Positions 23,740 to 37,900 of a stretch of 64,000 bases of DNA are shown here, piece after piece. Where the stretch lies: NCBI RefSeq assembly GCF_002113885.1, contig NW_018408893.1:365073-429072 (forward strand), given 5' to 3'. The DNA is from Mizuhopecten yessoensis (lineage: Eukaryota). Position numbers and translations under genes: made by a program. The notes under the pieces are model-generated. The model did not search any database, was not told the DNA's origin, and saw only the letters and a program-made list of their open reading frames with translations. Positions within the stretch are counted from its first letter, which is position 1, and each line of letters begins with the position of its first letter.

Positions 23740-24349
23740 TGGCAGTTTCTCCAGTTCAAATTCAAACGAAATAAAAGTATGTTAAAGAACATATTTGGAG
23801 TGGAATTGAATTTATTTTCTTCGAGTCAAAGATATCACTGTGTTTATTGTATTAATATTTGATACACATGAGCAATAGATGTGTACATAATATGTCGCTG
23901 GAAGGTTTGAAGAATGGTTTAAAACTTACTATTACTTGGTAATTCTACTTTCTGCCACTCAGAAATTGCGTCTTTTCTAAATGGTTTAGCAGAAGGATAT
24001 GAAGCATGAACAAGGTTGTTATTCAATTCATTTATAGTAGAGAAGTAATAGGCAAGGAAACTAAGCATAGATACATGTATATAGAGACGATTTATTTTAA
24101 GTCGTTGATTAACTGGAATAGCTTATATCAGTCAGCAGCGTCGAGGTCTTGGTTCAAAATACATTGAAATTGACATATTTACCAGTTATATTAGAGATTC
24201 ATATGGACATGTAACTATGAGATGATCATGATATACAGCTATAAAAAGAACATGACTTTGTCTGTTTGTATAAAGAGTAAATACAGTTTTATGTCGGTAC
24301 AATTATTGGCCATATTGCAGCATTTCCTGTATGTAATCCTCTCTCCAGG

Positions 24350-25209
24350 CTATTTCACTTTTATTTTTTTGCCGTGGTGCGGCGTCCGTCTTCCGGCGTC
24401 AATATTTTACTTTCAACAACTTCTTCTTAATAACCAAGACCCCTAGGATAAAGATATTTGGTAAGTAATTTGCTGTGATGAAGGGCTTTCAAGTTTGTTA
24501 AAATGAATGACCTTTACTTATATTCAAGGTCACAGGGGTCAAATATGTTTGAAACCTTTAAACAAATTCTTCTGAATAACCAAGAGGCCTAGGGTGATGA
24601 TATTTGGCCAGAAGCATGCTGGGACGAAGGGCGTCCAAGTTTGTTCAAATTAATGACCTTCATTTGTTTTCAAGGTCACAGTGGTCAATTGTCTAAAAAA
24701 ATAATCTTTGGCCAGTAACATGCTGGGATGAAGGGCTACCAAGTTTGTGAAAATGAATGACCTTGACAAATATTCAAGTCCACAATGGTCAAATATGTTT
24801 AAAACCTTTATTCAACTTCTTCTCAATAACAATGATGCTATTTGGCCAGTAGCATGCTAGGATGAAGGGCTACCAAGTTTGTTCAAATGTATGACCTTCG
24901 CCCATATTCAAGGTCACAGTGGTCAATATATGTTTAAGTCTTCAATTGGCTTGTTCTGTATAACTAAAAGGTCCAGGGTAATGATGTTTTGTCAAAAGCA
25001 TGCTTGGTTTGAAGACTAAAAACTCTGTTCAACCTTATGACCTTGTTCGACATTCAAGGTCACAGGCGTCATATGTTAAAATCTTTTAATAGGTTCTTAT
25101 AAATCAAACACTGATATTCTGCATGTAGCTGTATTTTAGTCCACTTTTAAGATTACAAGTGTGAGATTAATACCAGGTGAGCGATTCAAGCTCATTGGGC
25201 CTCTTGTTT
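24350..25209 (+). mobile_element. HINE family A between the MED20 and UROC1 3' ends
   Basis: Same monomers and same 3' terminal block as 1384-2308. Confidence 0.85.
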
Positions 25210-25951
25210 AGATAAATAACTCCTAAGAGAAAATCTGTAATTACAGAATAACTATACTTATGTCATGCATGAGTGGTCACAGCATATTGGATTCCAACTG
25301 TCCGTCTGGACCGATAATAAACAAACCCTACTAATGCTAAATGTTTTGAGGGATAAAGGGAATGTGTTGCGCGCATAAGGTGAAAGATAAAGGTGAAAGT
25401 GTTGAAAGTCAAACCGTTTAACCAATGAAAGCATGTAACAACATCACGAAATGCAAATAGAAATTACTGATGTTTTGTGAATATAATTTGATTTTGCAAT
25501 ATAATGTTAGCTGCCAGCTTTAAAATAGTGATTTTACTTTATGTTTTTATGGATTTATTTGTTTTGCCCTAAGAGTATACAGCTCCATGTATAAATTTGG
25601 TGATTGACGATAATTACATGACCTTATTATTGGTGGCATTTCACAAATGTGGCAGAAAAGCAAAAGGGTGAAATAATGTGTAAAATAGCAAATTATTTCA
25701 TACAGTATATATTCCTTAATATTATGATACAGTATATAACCATTAATTGAACTTCGTTATGATCATTTTATCGTTGAAACGTTCCTGATAGTTTTTAAAA
25801 TCGATCAGATCTAAAAACCATAGATGGGCGAATTGATTGTTTGTGATTTTGTTAATTGAGATTTCGTAATGATTCGTTTTATGAACGATTGATGAATTCA
25901 TGTTTTCCAATTTTAAGTTCACAAAAGAATTGTATATAAAAGCCTAAAACG

Positions 25952-28900
25952 TCATGCGTTGCCCAGAGCTTTGTCAAGGATAGATTTGTCCTCAACATGG
26001 TTCGGCAGTGTGACCTTCAACTTGGGATTGTCATCCATAGTCCGACAAATGGTCTCCTCTGCTCGGTTATTGCCGGACCAACACCGCCTTGCCACCTAAA
26101 TACAGTAAACGAAATTTCAGTAGTGCGTTATTTCTCGCTGAATGACATTGCTTGCTGGAAAATTCAATAACATGTTTAAAGTCATGCACCGATAGTAAAA
26201 CTTGTCGATTTATAAACGTTGATAGCTATGATCCAATTTATATTTTAGTACAAAGCAGTATAGAAATAAGGATGTCAACGTCAACATGCATCTTACTGTT
26301 TACAAGTACATGTGTATGTAACCACTTCCATAGTGGTTTTGAATGAAATTCCTATTAATATTTCGCCCATTCTAACGAAACCACAAAAGCAAAGGACATT
26401 CTGTGACATATCATGAATAAGTTAAGTTATATTCATTTCAAAGTTTGAAAGGCGTGACGTGTATAATACAACAAAATACTTTTGAAAGTCTCCTATTTTG
26501 ATCAAACACCACTTACAAAAGATAATACAGTTAATTGATTTGCATTTCGTAGCACCAATACCGCTCACTGCACATGTTGAGTAAAGCACGCATATATCGG
26601 ATCATTAAAGTACGATTTTGAGTCGTATTTGCCTAGTTTATTTCATTAAACTACTGCGTAGCTGATGGACTTGTATAAAGACCGCATTTCTACCAATGCT
26701 GAGCACTTTTGTACAGTTACTCTGAGAAGATTATTTTATATAAAAGAATTACCCCGGGTAAAAGTATACAAATGTATCTAGCCATGTTTCGTCTTGGTAT
26801 ATATATGGTAAACTTGATAACATACATGTAGTAAGCTATCGAGACGCACCACTAAATAGAATTTTGAATTCTTATGGATGCTTTCAACGCATATGCTCGA
26901 AAATGGGCGACATGAAAAGAGATTCTTCCGAATGAGTTCTTTTTCTTTTGACTTAGCATCACGAAAATATGTTCTTCCGAATGAGTTATTTCGACCAAGC
27001 ATCTTTTTATCCAAATTTTGTTTATGGTTAATATTCTAAACACAGGAATAAACGTACATCATAAATAAAATTTCGTTTGGCATTAAAATGGTTAATACAT
27101 AACTATTTATGCCAGCTTTCGTTCAACGCTATCGGGGTGTTTTGTGTGGATACTTACACCGTTAGACACATCCCAAGCCAGCATACGCTTTGCTCGTTGG
27201 CCAGCATCCTAGGATATAAATGATGTTATCCGATGTATACAAATGTATCCACAGACGTTTTAATATTTAAAGTTTGATTATCATGTCGGGAGAATATTTT
27301 ATATGCGTTATTCAATTACTGTAATTAAAAGTTACAATATTAGTATCATTATGAACGTGAATTTATAATTGACTAATTGATGCATTCTGACTTCGCTTAT
27401 CAATTGCATCCTTAATAGTTTTGTCATGTTGTTTCCCTACCTGGGATCCGTCCAACACGAGACCAAATCCTCCATTGATCACCTCGCCCCTGTAGGAAAG
27501 TAACAACTCACATGACAATTATAAATATTAATATAAACAACCGTAATAGATATGATCCTGTACAATTGCATGTAGAACCACTGGTAAGAGTATCACCTGT
27601 GATGGACGGCATACACCGTAGCGCAAAACACAAGCAAGATCCAGATTGTATCTGTTTGTGGAATGTTACTTGTTTTATAGGCATAGTTGACAAACATCGG
27701 ACACTCGATCGGGAGTCCTTGATAAAGAGACTTTCAATTAAAAACATGGCACCCGAAAGTTATGAATTGGAGTAATGCCATGTTTTGCCGAATGTTTTAC
27801 CGTCAGTTGTTAACGTTGAGCGTACGGTTTCATATCGTCTATAAATATGAGTAAGAATGTTTGTCGTTAATGCGTAAATATATGTATTAGGAGTAAAATC
27901 ATTGAAGTACATGTGCAAACAATGAGCAAAATTAATTATTTTCATTCCGGCCCCATGGTCAAATTTGATGTCATCTCACGGTAAAGCGAGACCATGTTCA
28001 TCGTAACGTCACACCTTGACTGCCCGACTACGCGAAATGCTACGAAAGACGGGTGTTTCAGTGGGTAATTTAATGTTGCGCACACTAGTACGAAGGATAG
28101 GGGGTTTTCTACATCCAAGGGACTGCTTTATTACAATAGATAGCTATATTTTACATACACATATTTGTGTACCTTCTAATTGACTGTTTCATTACATGGA
28201 AAACTATGAAACGATATGAATGTTTATCACGATACATATACTTCAGCAATTCAGATTGAAATCGTTAAAAACAAATAATGAAGATACTCACCAACCTACA
28301 CCTCCGCCATTGTGAAGAGCTACCCACGTAGCTCCTCGAAATGCATCTCCGATGGCGTTCTGCACTGCCATGTCTGCAAAAACCAAGGTAACCATCGACT
28401 CTTTTCTTGGTAATATCAATAATATACTTAGTACTATGTTGTAAGCTTTCAATGTTCACCTAGTTTTACCTACGTAACTTTAAATGCGATCTTCAAACTA
28501 CGCAAAACGCCCGGACACATCAGTATTTGATTGTTGCTTTCAATCATTGTATACAATATCTTACACTATTGGAAACAATATGACTGTAATTTTGAAGGAA
28601 AAATTCGTGTGCATACAGCTCATTAAACCAGTAATTTTCATGACAACAATTATATGGCAATGTTGACATAACATACTGATTTTATATCCTTATGGGATAT
28701 TTTAAACCCCATATGTTTTTAGCGGCGGTTAATGCTTTGATAACTGACTGTTAATACCTATTACCATTGGTTGTCATGTACTCGCCATGGCTGTTGGATT
28801 GTAAATAAACACACAAAATTATTAACTAAACGTTAAGACACGAACAATGTCGACACGAAATGTTAACGACAGCAACCAAAAAGAGACATCATGGACCGGA

Positions 28901-31900
28901 GTCAAAAACATATGGTAATGAAATGTTTATTTAATCGTATGTAGATTAATAGTAACTTCCCCTATCTTAAGGGTGTGAGAGAGAAATCTGCAACCCGAGG
29001 GGTGGTATTCTTGATTGTCTGATCCGAGGCTTTGTCGAGGGTAAGACAATCGAGAATATCATACCGAGGGTTGGAGATTTCTCTTGTCACACCAAGGTAT
29101 CAAGGTAGGATATGACTGTTTTTGTCCAATCCTGTTTCACTGAAAAACCCACCGATAAGCGGTGATTCACGCAATATAAGCGTCGATAGCAAATCCAGAG
29201 TTGTCTTACATGGTCTGTTCTGCTGACGTCACGTCAATACACTGATGACGTAACTTCATACTATTGTTATAACTTAGATCGCGCCATTATACACGATGCT
29301 ATCTCCCCCTAGAGGGTGACAAGCTGATATTTTCCGGTTTCAAAAGTAGACACAGCTGTGAAGGGTGGGGGAAAATGATTCTTACCTGCTGTAAATGCTG
29401 ACCCGTCATATATGTTGGACGTTTCCCGGAACGGACTGTCTGTACCACTCACGTCATGGTGATCTCGACTCAACACCACTGGACCCTAATGATATATTAA
29501 GGTGATGTACTAGCTTGGACTGTAATGTTCTCCTACCACTGATACAAAAATGTACCATACCAACGACACTGTTTAGTGATGTTCTTATGAGATGCTGCAA
29601 CAGGTGATTTTGATAGCACGCATATGCTGGATATTAAAATCATCCAATAGTAGATAAAATCGTTTAACTACATTTAGGTTATAGCGCTCGCTTCTGCATT
29701 GGAAGTTAGTTAAATGTACTCTCAATTAAGATCATCAATTACTGTTTAGTCGTCAACATGTTTCGATATGTCACACAGGACATGATTGAATTGTATCGAT
29801 TCAATGGTGGAACGCACCTTGAGTTTCCCGTCTGCCACAGCATCGTTGAAAGCTGTTGCGATTGCAATCCTACCATTTTGGTCGGAGTACAGAATTCGCG
29901 CCTGAGATCCAACAACCTAATAATCAGAACTACATTAGATCACACTGTACCTATTCATATTCAGTAGTGTCAATGAATGATCATATCATATAATTGTATG
30001 TGGAATAGCTTTCCAGCAAAGATGGTGGAGTGAATTCAAAGTTGACGAATTCTCGAAAAACAATCACTTCGCTTTGGAAACTCAAATTGTGATTGCATGT
30101 ATGCCCTACCATTTAATCAGAAGAGTGACAATCATATTAACAAGAATAAATATATGCCCGTGTTTATGAGAGAGTGGTAGATAAACTGTGGCTTTGCTTT
30201 TTGAGTGTTTTGTATTACCTATTAACTTACCAGTTTGTTTGACTTCGCCTCTCTGATCCATCTGATATTATCAGTATATTGTTGTTTGATTCCTTCTGGT
30301 ACTGAAAACGGAAGTAATTTTCATAAGTATTTCTGACAAATGGCATACAATGTCAAGGAACCATTTCAAAATACCTTGAAGTCTGGCTTTCAGTTTATAC
30401 CAAATACATACAAGCACTTTCTGCATCGACGTACTATATAGATTGGTACTTTTGTACGTATTTCTAGAGATTATTGTACACGATGGCTTCAATGTGTTAC
30501 CTCACCTCCTTTGTTGATAATGTCCTCCAGTATTGACGCCGTTATTTCGTCAGTCTTTTCAAGGTCAGACGGGTCGCCAGATGTGCACACCCATCTGTAA
30601 GTATGATCGATATAATCACTAAACATGAACGTTTGTTTTACAGCAAAAGCCTGTAACTTGAAATGGCGTTAGCTTTTATAGATTATGTATAATTTCTATC
30701 TGAATTTTTACTATGAAAGTTGAAATCACTTGTAAGTGAAAATTGCATGTTGTATATTTTACCTGACAAGTTCTACCTCTGACACCTCAGTATTATAGAT
30801 TTTCTAGATTTTTTAAAGTTGAATTGATGAATTTTCAATAGTTTCACGATTGTTTATCCAACCTATTCATAAGTAGATAACGTTGCTTATGAAAAGTTCT
30901 TTTTGCACAACCAACAAGATTTAAGAAAGATAACGTTGCTACCTGAATGGTCCAAACCCTAGGGAGAATATGTCGCCCATAATATCCTGGACGTAGGAAG
31001 GGTATCTAAACATTGTTCCATTCAGTCCCTGCTGTCGGCCTACCTCAGCACCTGCAATGATTACGACGAGGACATGTTCTTAAGAAACAAATCAACAAGT
31101 GTTCCCGACAATAAATTCATTCCCTACGTCCATTTCTCTACTGTAATGCAACCTATTTTGACAGTCACTTTCGACACTAACCTGGATTTCAAAACCGTAT
31201 CGTTCACCTTTAATTCGTGAGGGGAACTGAAGGGTAAATGTAAGATAAAACATTTGATATTTGTGTAGTTTATTATGTTAAGCATTACGAATGGGTAGTC
31301 TTAAGACACATATTTTATTATCATTATTTTATATAATGTAAAAGTAGTTCATAAATGTGTAGTGGCAACCGACGTACCGGCCCTGTCCGCTTCTAGTAAG
31401 AAAGCATTTCCATAATCCCAGAAGAACATTCCTCTGTCGGCAAGTTTGTTAATGGCGGCAATTTGTCTCCGTAGGCTAAATGCAGAAAGTAAAACAAAGT
31501 AAGGACTAACTTCACCATATCACTGTCTCGTCCATGAATTTGGAAATACAGTAAAAGGAAAAAGATGTGTAGTTAACACTTTGTAACATTACCAAACAAT
31601 GTTGGCAACAACAGACAATTTAGTTTTAAATATATAGATAGCTAATAATGTAATTGTGCAAGAATTATTGTAGCTAATCTAGCAACATCAACACAATAAG
31701 ATCAAACAGTGCCTCACGATATAATAAAAAAGGATAGATGGAAGCTGTGTCAACAGTGTTCCTATATAAAACTTGAAAAAAAGGATAAATATCCCAACTG
31801 TTGCAATATGTTTATGATCTATTTCGTCGCTTTATTTTCTCAAAAGCAAAAGGACACTTCCGAAAAAAAACCGAATTCTTTGAACGGCTTGGCGTTATCA

Positions 31901-34900
31901 TGAAGTGGTGTAAATCGGTTCTATTCCGTACGGCAGCACACGTATATCAACCTAAATATATTATCCATATACATAGTATTTAAAGTTACAATAAGAAACG
32001 CATATTTGCTACGAAAATATAGTATCCATGATCACGATAAGTGTGAACAACAGAGTTGTAAAACACAACCTTTCCTGGACAAGATTTTTGAATCGTATGG
32101 GGTCTTCGTGCATAGTCGTCAGTGCTTCCTCGTATGAAATCTGGAATATTGTTAAAAAAAACATAATGGTTGACTATGATATAATAGGGAAAGTCGTTAA
32201 TGGGATTTCTAAATAGGTTGGCGTACAAGATTCTGAAGACAGCTAAAGTAATCTAAAACGTGGCGGCGCGATCACTTATGAAACGATGACGGAAAAGCCG
32301 CCAGTCAAACGAGAGAAGCACATGCTAGTACCATAACAAAACTATCTATAACATAATTTGGACAAGTTAGTTTTTACTTTCGCTCTACAATGTACAAACC
32401 TTAGTTGGCCATACAGTGAAGTGGAAGACGTTTAGCAAGGTAAAGTTCTGATATAAACCCAAGTATTATTGTGTAGTCAAGCCTTGTTACTTTTCCCTCC
32501 TTTGTTAGCAGTTAAATTGGCTCAATTTGGAACTCTCTGCAAATGCACTTTACGATAGCAAATAAGAATTTTGTCCTGGATAGAATAGAACGGTTTAACA
32601 ATACTTGAGTAATTAAAATATCAAGAGGAAAAATATGTACTGATGCAGATGTTCTCTTTGCAGTACACACATAGGAAACATTATACCTAGATATTTAGCT
32701 TAGATCGACAGCCGATCAATACAAGATATATATATATATTTAAAAAACAAAAACACGACAGCTGTATATATACTTGCATGAGGATCGACATTTGAATCAA
32801 TAGAAACATTTGAACCAGTTATATCTGAACTCCACTTGTACCAGCTAGTAAGATCGTAGATGGATGTGTGGTATGAATTTGGATCAATATTATATTTCAA
32901 CGTTTGTTTAAGACCGTACCTGTACAGGGTAGTATCCGCCGAGGAATGGGTTGTGACAGGAAGTCTGATCTGATCCCAGGTCCACTAACAGATCTCCTGT
33001 GCTCTCATACTCATACACAAATCTCTCCCTGGTAATTCACAAACAACATGCATATTATTAACATAAATATAAGCGATTTTGCTGTTTTTATGCTCTTGGT
33101 AGCGATTTTAGTTCGATACAGTGCTTAAATAAATTCATGTCATGTCACTTTGCTTCAATCGGAACTAGCGAGCTTAATTCTGTATCATTTCCTACAGACA
33201 GACGTGAAATAACGTTTATCTAATAACGACAGCAAGAGTAAATAATTGAACTGTTTATTACTGTCAAACATATTTATGCGGCCACTTTCTTTAAGAAAAC
33301 ACCTGTGTTAAGAGACCGCTTTTAATGATTGTAGTGTCTTTATTGTGAACTGCGCCTGCAGTGAGGAACCACTTGTGTTGAGAGACCAGGTTTCGGATGT
33401 ATTGAGCATAATGGTCTCTTATTTCTGATTTGGCAGTGTAAGTCTACATTTTTGTCTATTGTATGCAGTATACGATATGAACGGAGTTGTGCTATTTTAT
33501 ATTAAAAGAGTTATAAAGTATCACTTTTCAATTACCAAATATCAACGATGTTCCCATGATACCCCAGGCTCAGTGTTGTCTTCTGCCTCCGAGCCTGTCG
33601 GATAATAGCCATACATTCGTCCATGTTGTCAGTTACTTGCATCAACCACCCTTGTTTGTGTCGCTTTTCCAATGCCTCCCTGCTTACCTGTGGCGGAATC
33701 ACTTATTCTAAATATTAGTTGGCATTTAAATGTTGCTAAATATTGTACAATATTTTCTTTCAAGTATAAATATTTCTGGTTCGTCACTAGCAGGCTAGTG
33801 ATGTTGATATGAAATAATCAATATTAATTTATAGTTTCCGTTGGTTTGCCTGCAAAAAAATGCTTTCACTTGTGAAAAGATACCCCTTTCTACAAAATGT
33901 GGATGTGGATGTGTCCACAACTATCATCTGTCTATAACGACCACCTGTCTATATTGCTGTCAATTGTCTATCGCTACCAACTGTATATATCAACCACCCC
34001 TCTATACCTACAAATACACCATCTATCTATAACGACCACCTGTCTACAGTTTATACAGTTTAGATATGACTGAAGATAGTGTATGTTTGGAAACTGATAT
34101 CTAAAACATTCTATTCTTATGGTAAATTTATATTAACCATTTAAAGGAACAAATACGCAAACCGCAAACGTTAATCGTTGTGCGAGTACAGAGTGATTAT
34201 TTGTGCTATACTTATCTGTCATCAATATTGTACCTCTATACAAATCAAGTCAATATTGTTCAATTACATAGATATATTTTTAAAGCATATAGTATAGTTA
34301 TAATATGTCATATGTTAATAAACTGACCCAAATGACCATTTCGAGTATGTGTTGCTAGAGTGACAAAAGATGTGATAGAGCAGAATTTCGTCCTGAAGTC
34401 ATATTTGATGCGTTCATTTAGTAGTTACTTTAAAGAAAATTAAATAACATAAGTTATCATTATAGACACTAAAGCGCTGAATTAGTAGTGACACCGTGTT
34501 ACCTCTGCCACAACCCCGATACAGCCACAAATGGCGGCAGCCTTTGGTTGGGCACCACTCATTCCTCCCAGTCCGGATGTCACAAAAACCTGAAACGTGA
34601 ACAGTCAGTTTCTGAACTTTCTCATAGAAAGGGAAAATATCTACATGAACGGCATCAACGAGTGTAGTGTCTCAAAACGTCACCTATCTGCCAATGCACA
34701 TCTTGTACATCTAGAAAGACAACCAAATGTGTGAAGAACATATCCTGTACTATATAAATAATATTTATCTTCTAAGACAGGTTGTATATATTTATATATT
34801 TTTTATCAAAAACGAAGGAAAATGCATAACCTGGTTAGTCTGTGTGAATTGTTTTTGTTTGATAATCAGGAAAGGTTATGCTTTACTATCCTTGCTCATT

Positions 34901-37900
34901 AAATGCCCCTTTCATGATTAACAATTCGGGTTTAATTTTGACAGGTGACATATATTTCAAATGTATTTCTGAATCTTCCAAGTGATCAACGGGCATGTGA
35001 ACATTAAAAGCAGATTCATTTTACTTGATTACAATTTGTACAACAGGAACATTTTTATTTTGTAAGGTTAAGTAGTGCTCAGGATAACACTGTGGATTCA
35101 GTCTGTTATTACCTTCCCTGCCATATCTGTAACGCCAAGGTGTTTCCTAGCAGCGTTTAGGATAGTAAGCTACAAACATGAAAACGAGATTTTTTTAACA
35201 AACATCATAATAATAATTGGTTAAGGATGTACTCTTCTGAGGTTTCAATCACGTTCAAGTCTAGTTTTGATCTGGTGTAAAAGCTTTTTGTAATATTTAA
35301 CAAATTATGATCAAGTTTATTAGCAAACACGCATCTGAAAAATATGTCAAAAAACTAGATGTCTGTTGCTTGTAGAACTTTTTTTTACAAGAATTTAGAA
35401 AAAATACCAATTCGGCGGCCATTTTGAAAATGAGTATTAATGTGTATTTCTTGGGCTTCAAAAAAGGCAAAAAAATCACCTTTTTTGACACTAGATTGAT
35501 CACTTAAGTTGTCATTGTGTCGTCATTTTTAATTATAGCAGGTTCAATTTTGCTGTACAACTTTATAATGTTTAAAATGATAAAAATAATATGCAACAAA
35601 CTGGAAAATTATACATTATTGATATTTTTTTTTACATATTTAGTGTAACTGAAGCACTTTTGATTTTTGGTCCCGAAAAAGGTAAAAATAACACAAATGA
35701 TAATGGGACAAAAAAAGAAGCACACCGACCCCCCATTTTATGGATATTTTAGAAAGAGAAACACATTTTCGTTTAGTTCATTTAATATTAAAAAAGTTTA
35801 ATGCCAGAACTTTTTATATCAAGCGTTTAATCTGCAAAAAATGGTAAAAAAATGAGTATTTTTTCATTAAAAAATAGGGGGTAGGGGTAACTAAAATCGG
35901 CTTTCTGAGTTAAAAGAATAAGATTAAGAAATTTTACTTCCATAATTTAAAAGAAATTAATATTTTTATCAATTCTACAAACATTCATACACATCTGATC
36001 ACACACTTGAAAGAAATTGTATGAATTTGTTCCGCAAATGGTCAAAACCCAAAAATTCACCTAAAATCACATGTTGTGTTGAATTGGTATCTTTGACCGA
36101 TCATAGCACAAAAACGAACACACCGACATATCGGTTTTTTTGCATTTTCTACTATGCCATTAACTCCTTTTTCCAAAAATTGCCTATAAGAAAAAAAGTT
36201 TAATACAGGAAATGTTTGACTTCTCAGAGGTGTACATCTTTAATGATGATATAAAAGCTAGTGACTGGAAAATGTACTTGCGCTGCGTAAATAATAACCA
36301 ATTACATAATTGTAGGTTGTTGCGTCGTTTTACTTGTTAAACAAGCAAATTAAAATAATCAGAGGGAAGTGACGAAACCTGTTGATATGTATAAATAATT
36401 ACAAAATTATTTTCTTTTTCAGAAGCGCGGAATATACTTTAGAAAATAATAAGATTTATGTAGTTCTAATATACCAACATATGTCAAATTAAAACATCCG
36501 AAATTCTCTTAAATCTTCAGATACTAAGCGAAATCCCATATTTTCATATGGCCATGGCAAACATAAAATAGATCATGTACGTATAAGAATGGGACTAAGT
36601 GCTCTTAACAAACACAGATTTTCATACAATCTAACACCCAATAAGTACTGTGATAACTGTTTAAATTTGATTGAGGACGAAAAGCATTTCTTTCGTAACT
36701 GTTCAAAATACCAGAATGTCAGACATACCCTTTTACAAACTGTATCTAGAATTATATCACCAAACGTAAATCAAGACACTGTGCTTAATTTAATACCTGA
36801 TCAGCTCTGTACATTACTTATTAAAGGCTCAAATTATCTTGACCAACAGACCAATACCCAATATTTTCATTCTGTCTTTAATTATATCTAGGGAAGTAAT
36901 AGATTCAAGTAGACTCTCTGTCTGTCTCTTCCCCTTCCCCCTCTCTCCCTCGCTCGCTCTGTCTGTCTTTCCCTCTCCTCCTCTCTCTGTCTCTCTCTCC
37001 CTCTCTCTGTCTGTCTCTGTCTTTCTTCCTTCTTATTGTTCTCCGTGTCATTGTCTGTTTGTGTGTGTTGGTGTGTTGTGTGTGTGTGTGTGTGTGTATG
37101 TGTCATGAAGTGGTGCCAATGACCAGTGTAAATGTTCATGTATTTCCTGTATTTTGTACTGTATGTTAATAATGTAAATGTTGTACCGTTCACTTGTTTG
37201 TTAAATGTGAGGAAAGCGACTAGTAGCCCTTGGGCTGTTCGTAATCCTCGTTAAAAAAATAAAGAATTATATTATACCAATATATGCAGCACTGCAGCAG
37301 AATCATAGTTCGATAAAATTACATTTTCAAAAAGGATAATATATGATATTCACGTTAAATAAGCTGACATAACAATAAATATCAATATTGTTTTATAAGT
37401 TTGAAAACGGAGAAAAGAAATAAGTTAAAGGGTTTTTTTCTGCATTAATCGTCGGCTGATTGAAATGGAATGTTTCATATCAAATGGCCGTAATTGGAGA
37501 CTGTAATGTTTGGTCTAGTTAAGTACAAAACAGCATATAACTAACCGTATATATATACGACTTTCAGTGGTAACCAAGGTTACGTACCGTGGTACCATGG
37601 ACGATACCCTGTGGTCCAATATAACAGTAGCTTCCGGCAGTCATCTGACCATACCTAATACAAATAATACGCAGCGAAATGAAACAAAAGAATTATTGTG
37701 GAACGTGAAGTTAATAATTCAATAGGATTGTTTAAACATTAGGTTTACAACTTCTTTCTAACAGTCATTTGTTTGTATAAATTCGTAACAAAAACACGGT
37801 ATATTTGTTTGGTGTTTAGGGAACCAGTTGCACAGTCGAATATGTATATTTGTATTTGCCTATACAGTTGCTATGTCTAAACATTGTTTATTTGTTTTAG

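Noticed and set aside
30085-30125. Possible degenerate duplicate of UROC1 exon 16 in intron 15
   Set aside because: Similarity is limited to gattgca...cctaccattt, too short to distinguish from chance.
36839-37193. Low-complexity ORFs on both strands
   Set aside because: They are translations of CT/GT microsatellites.
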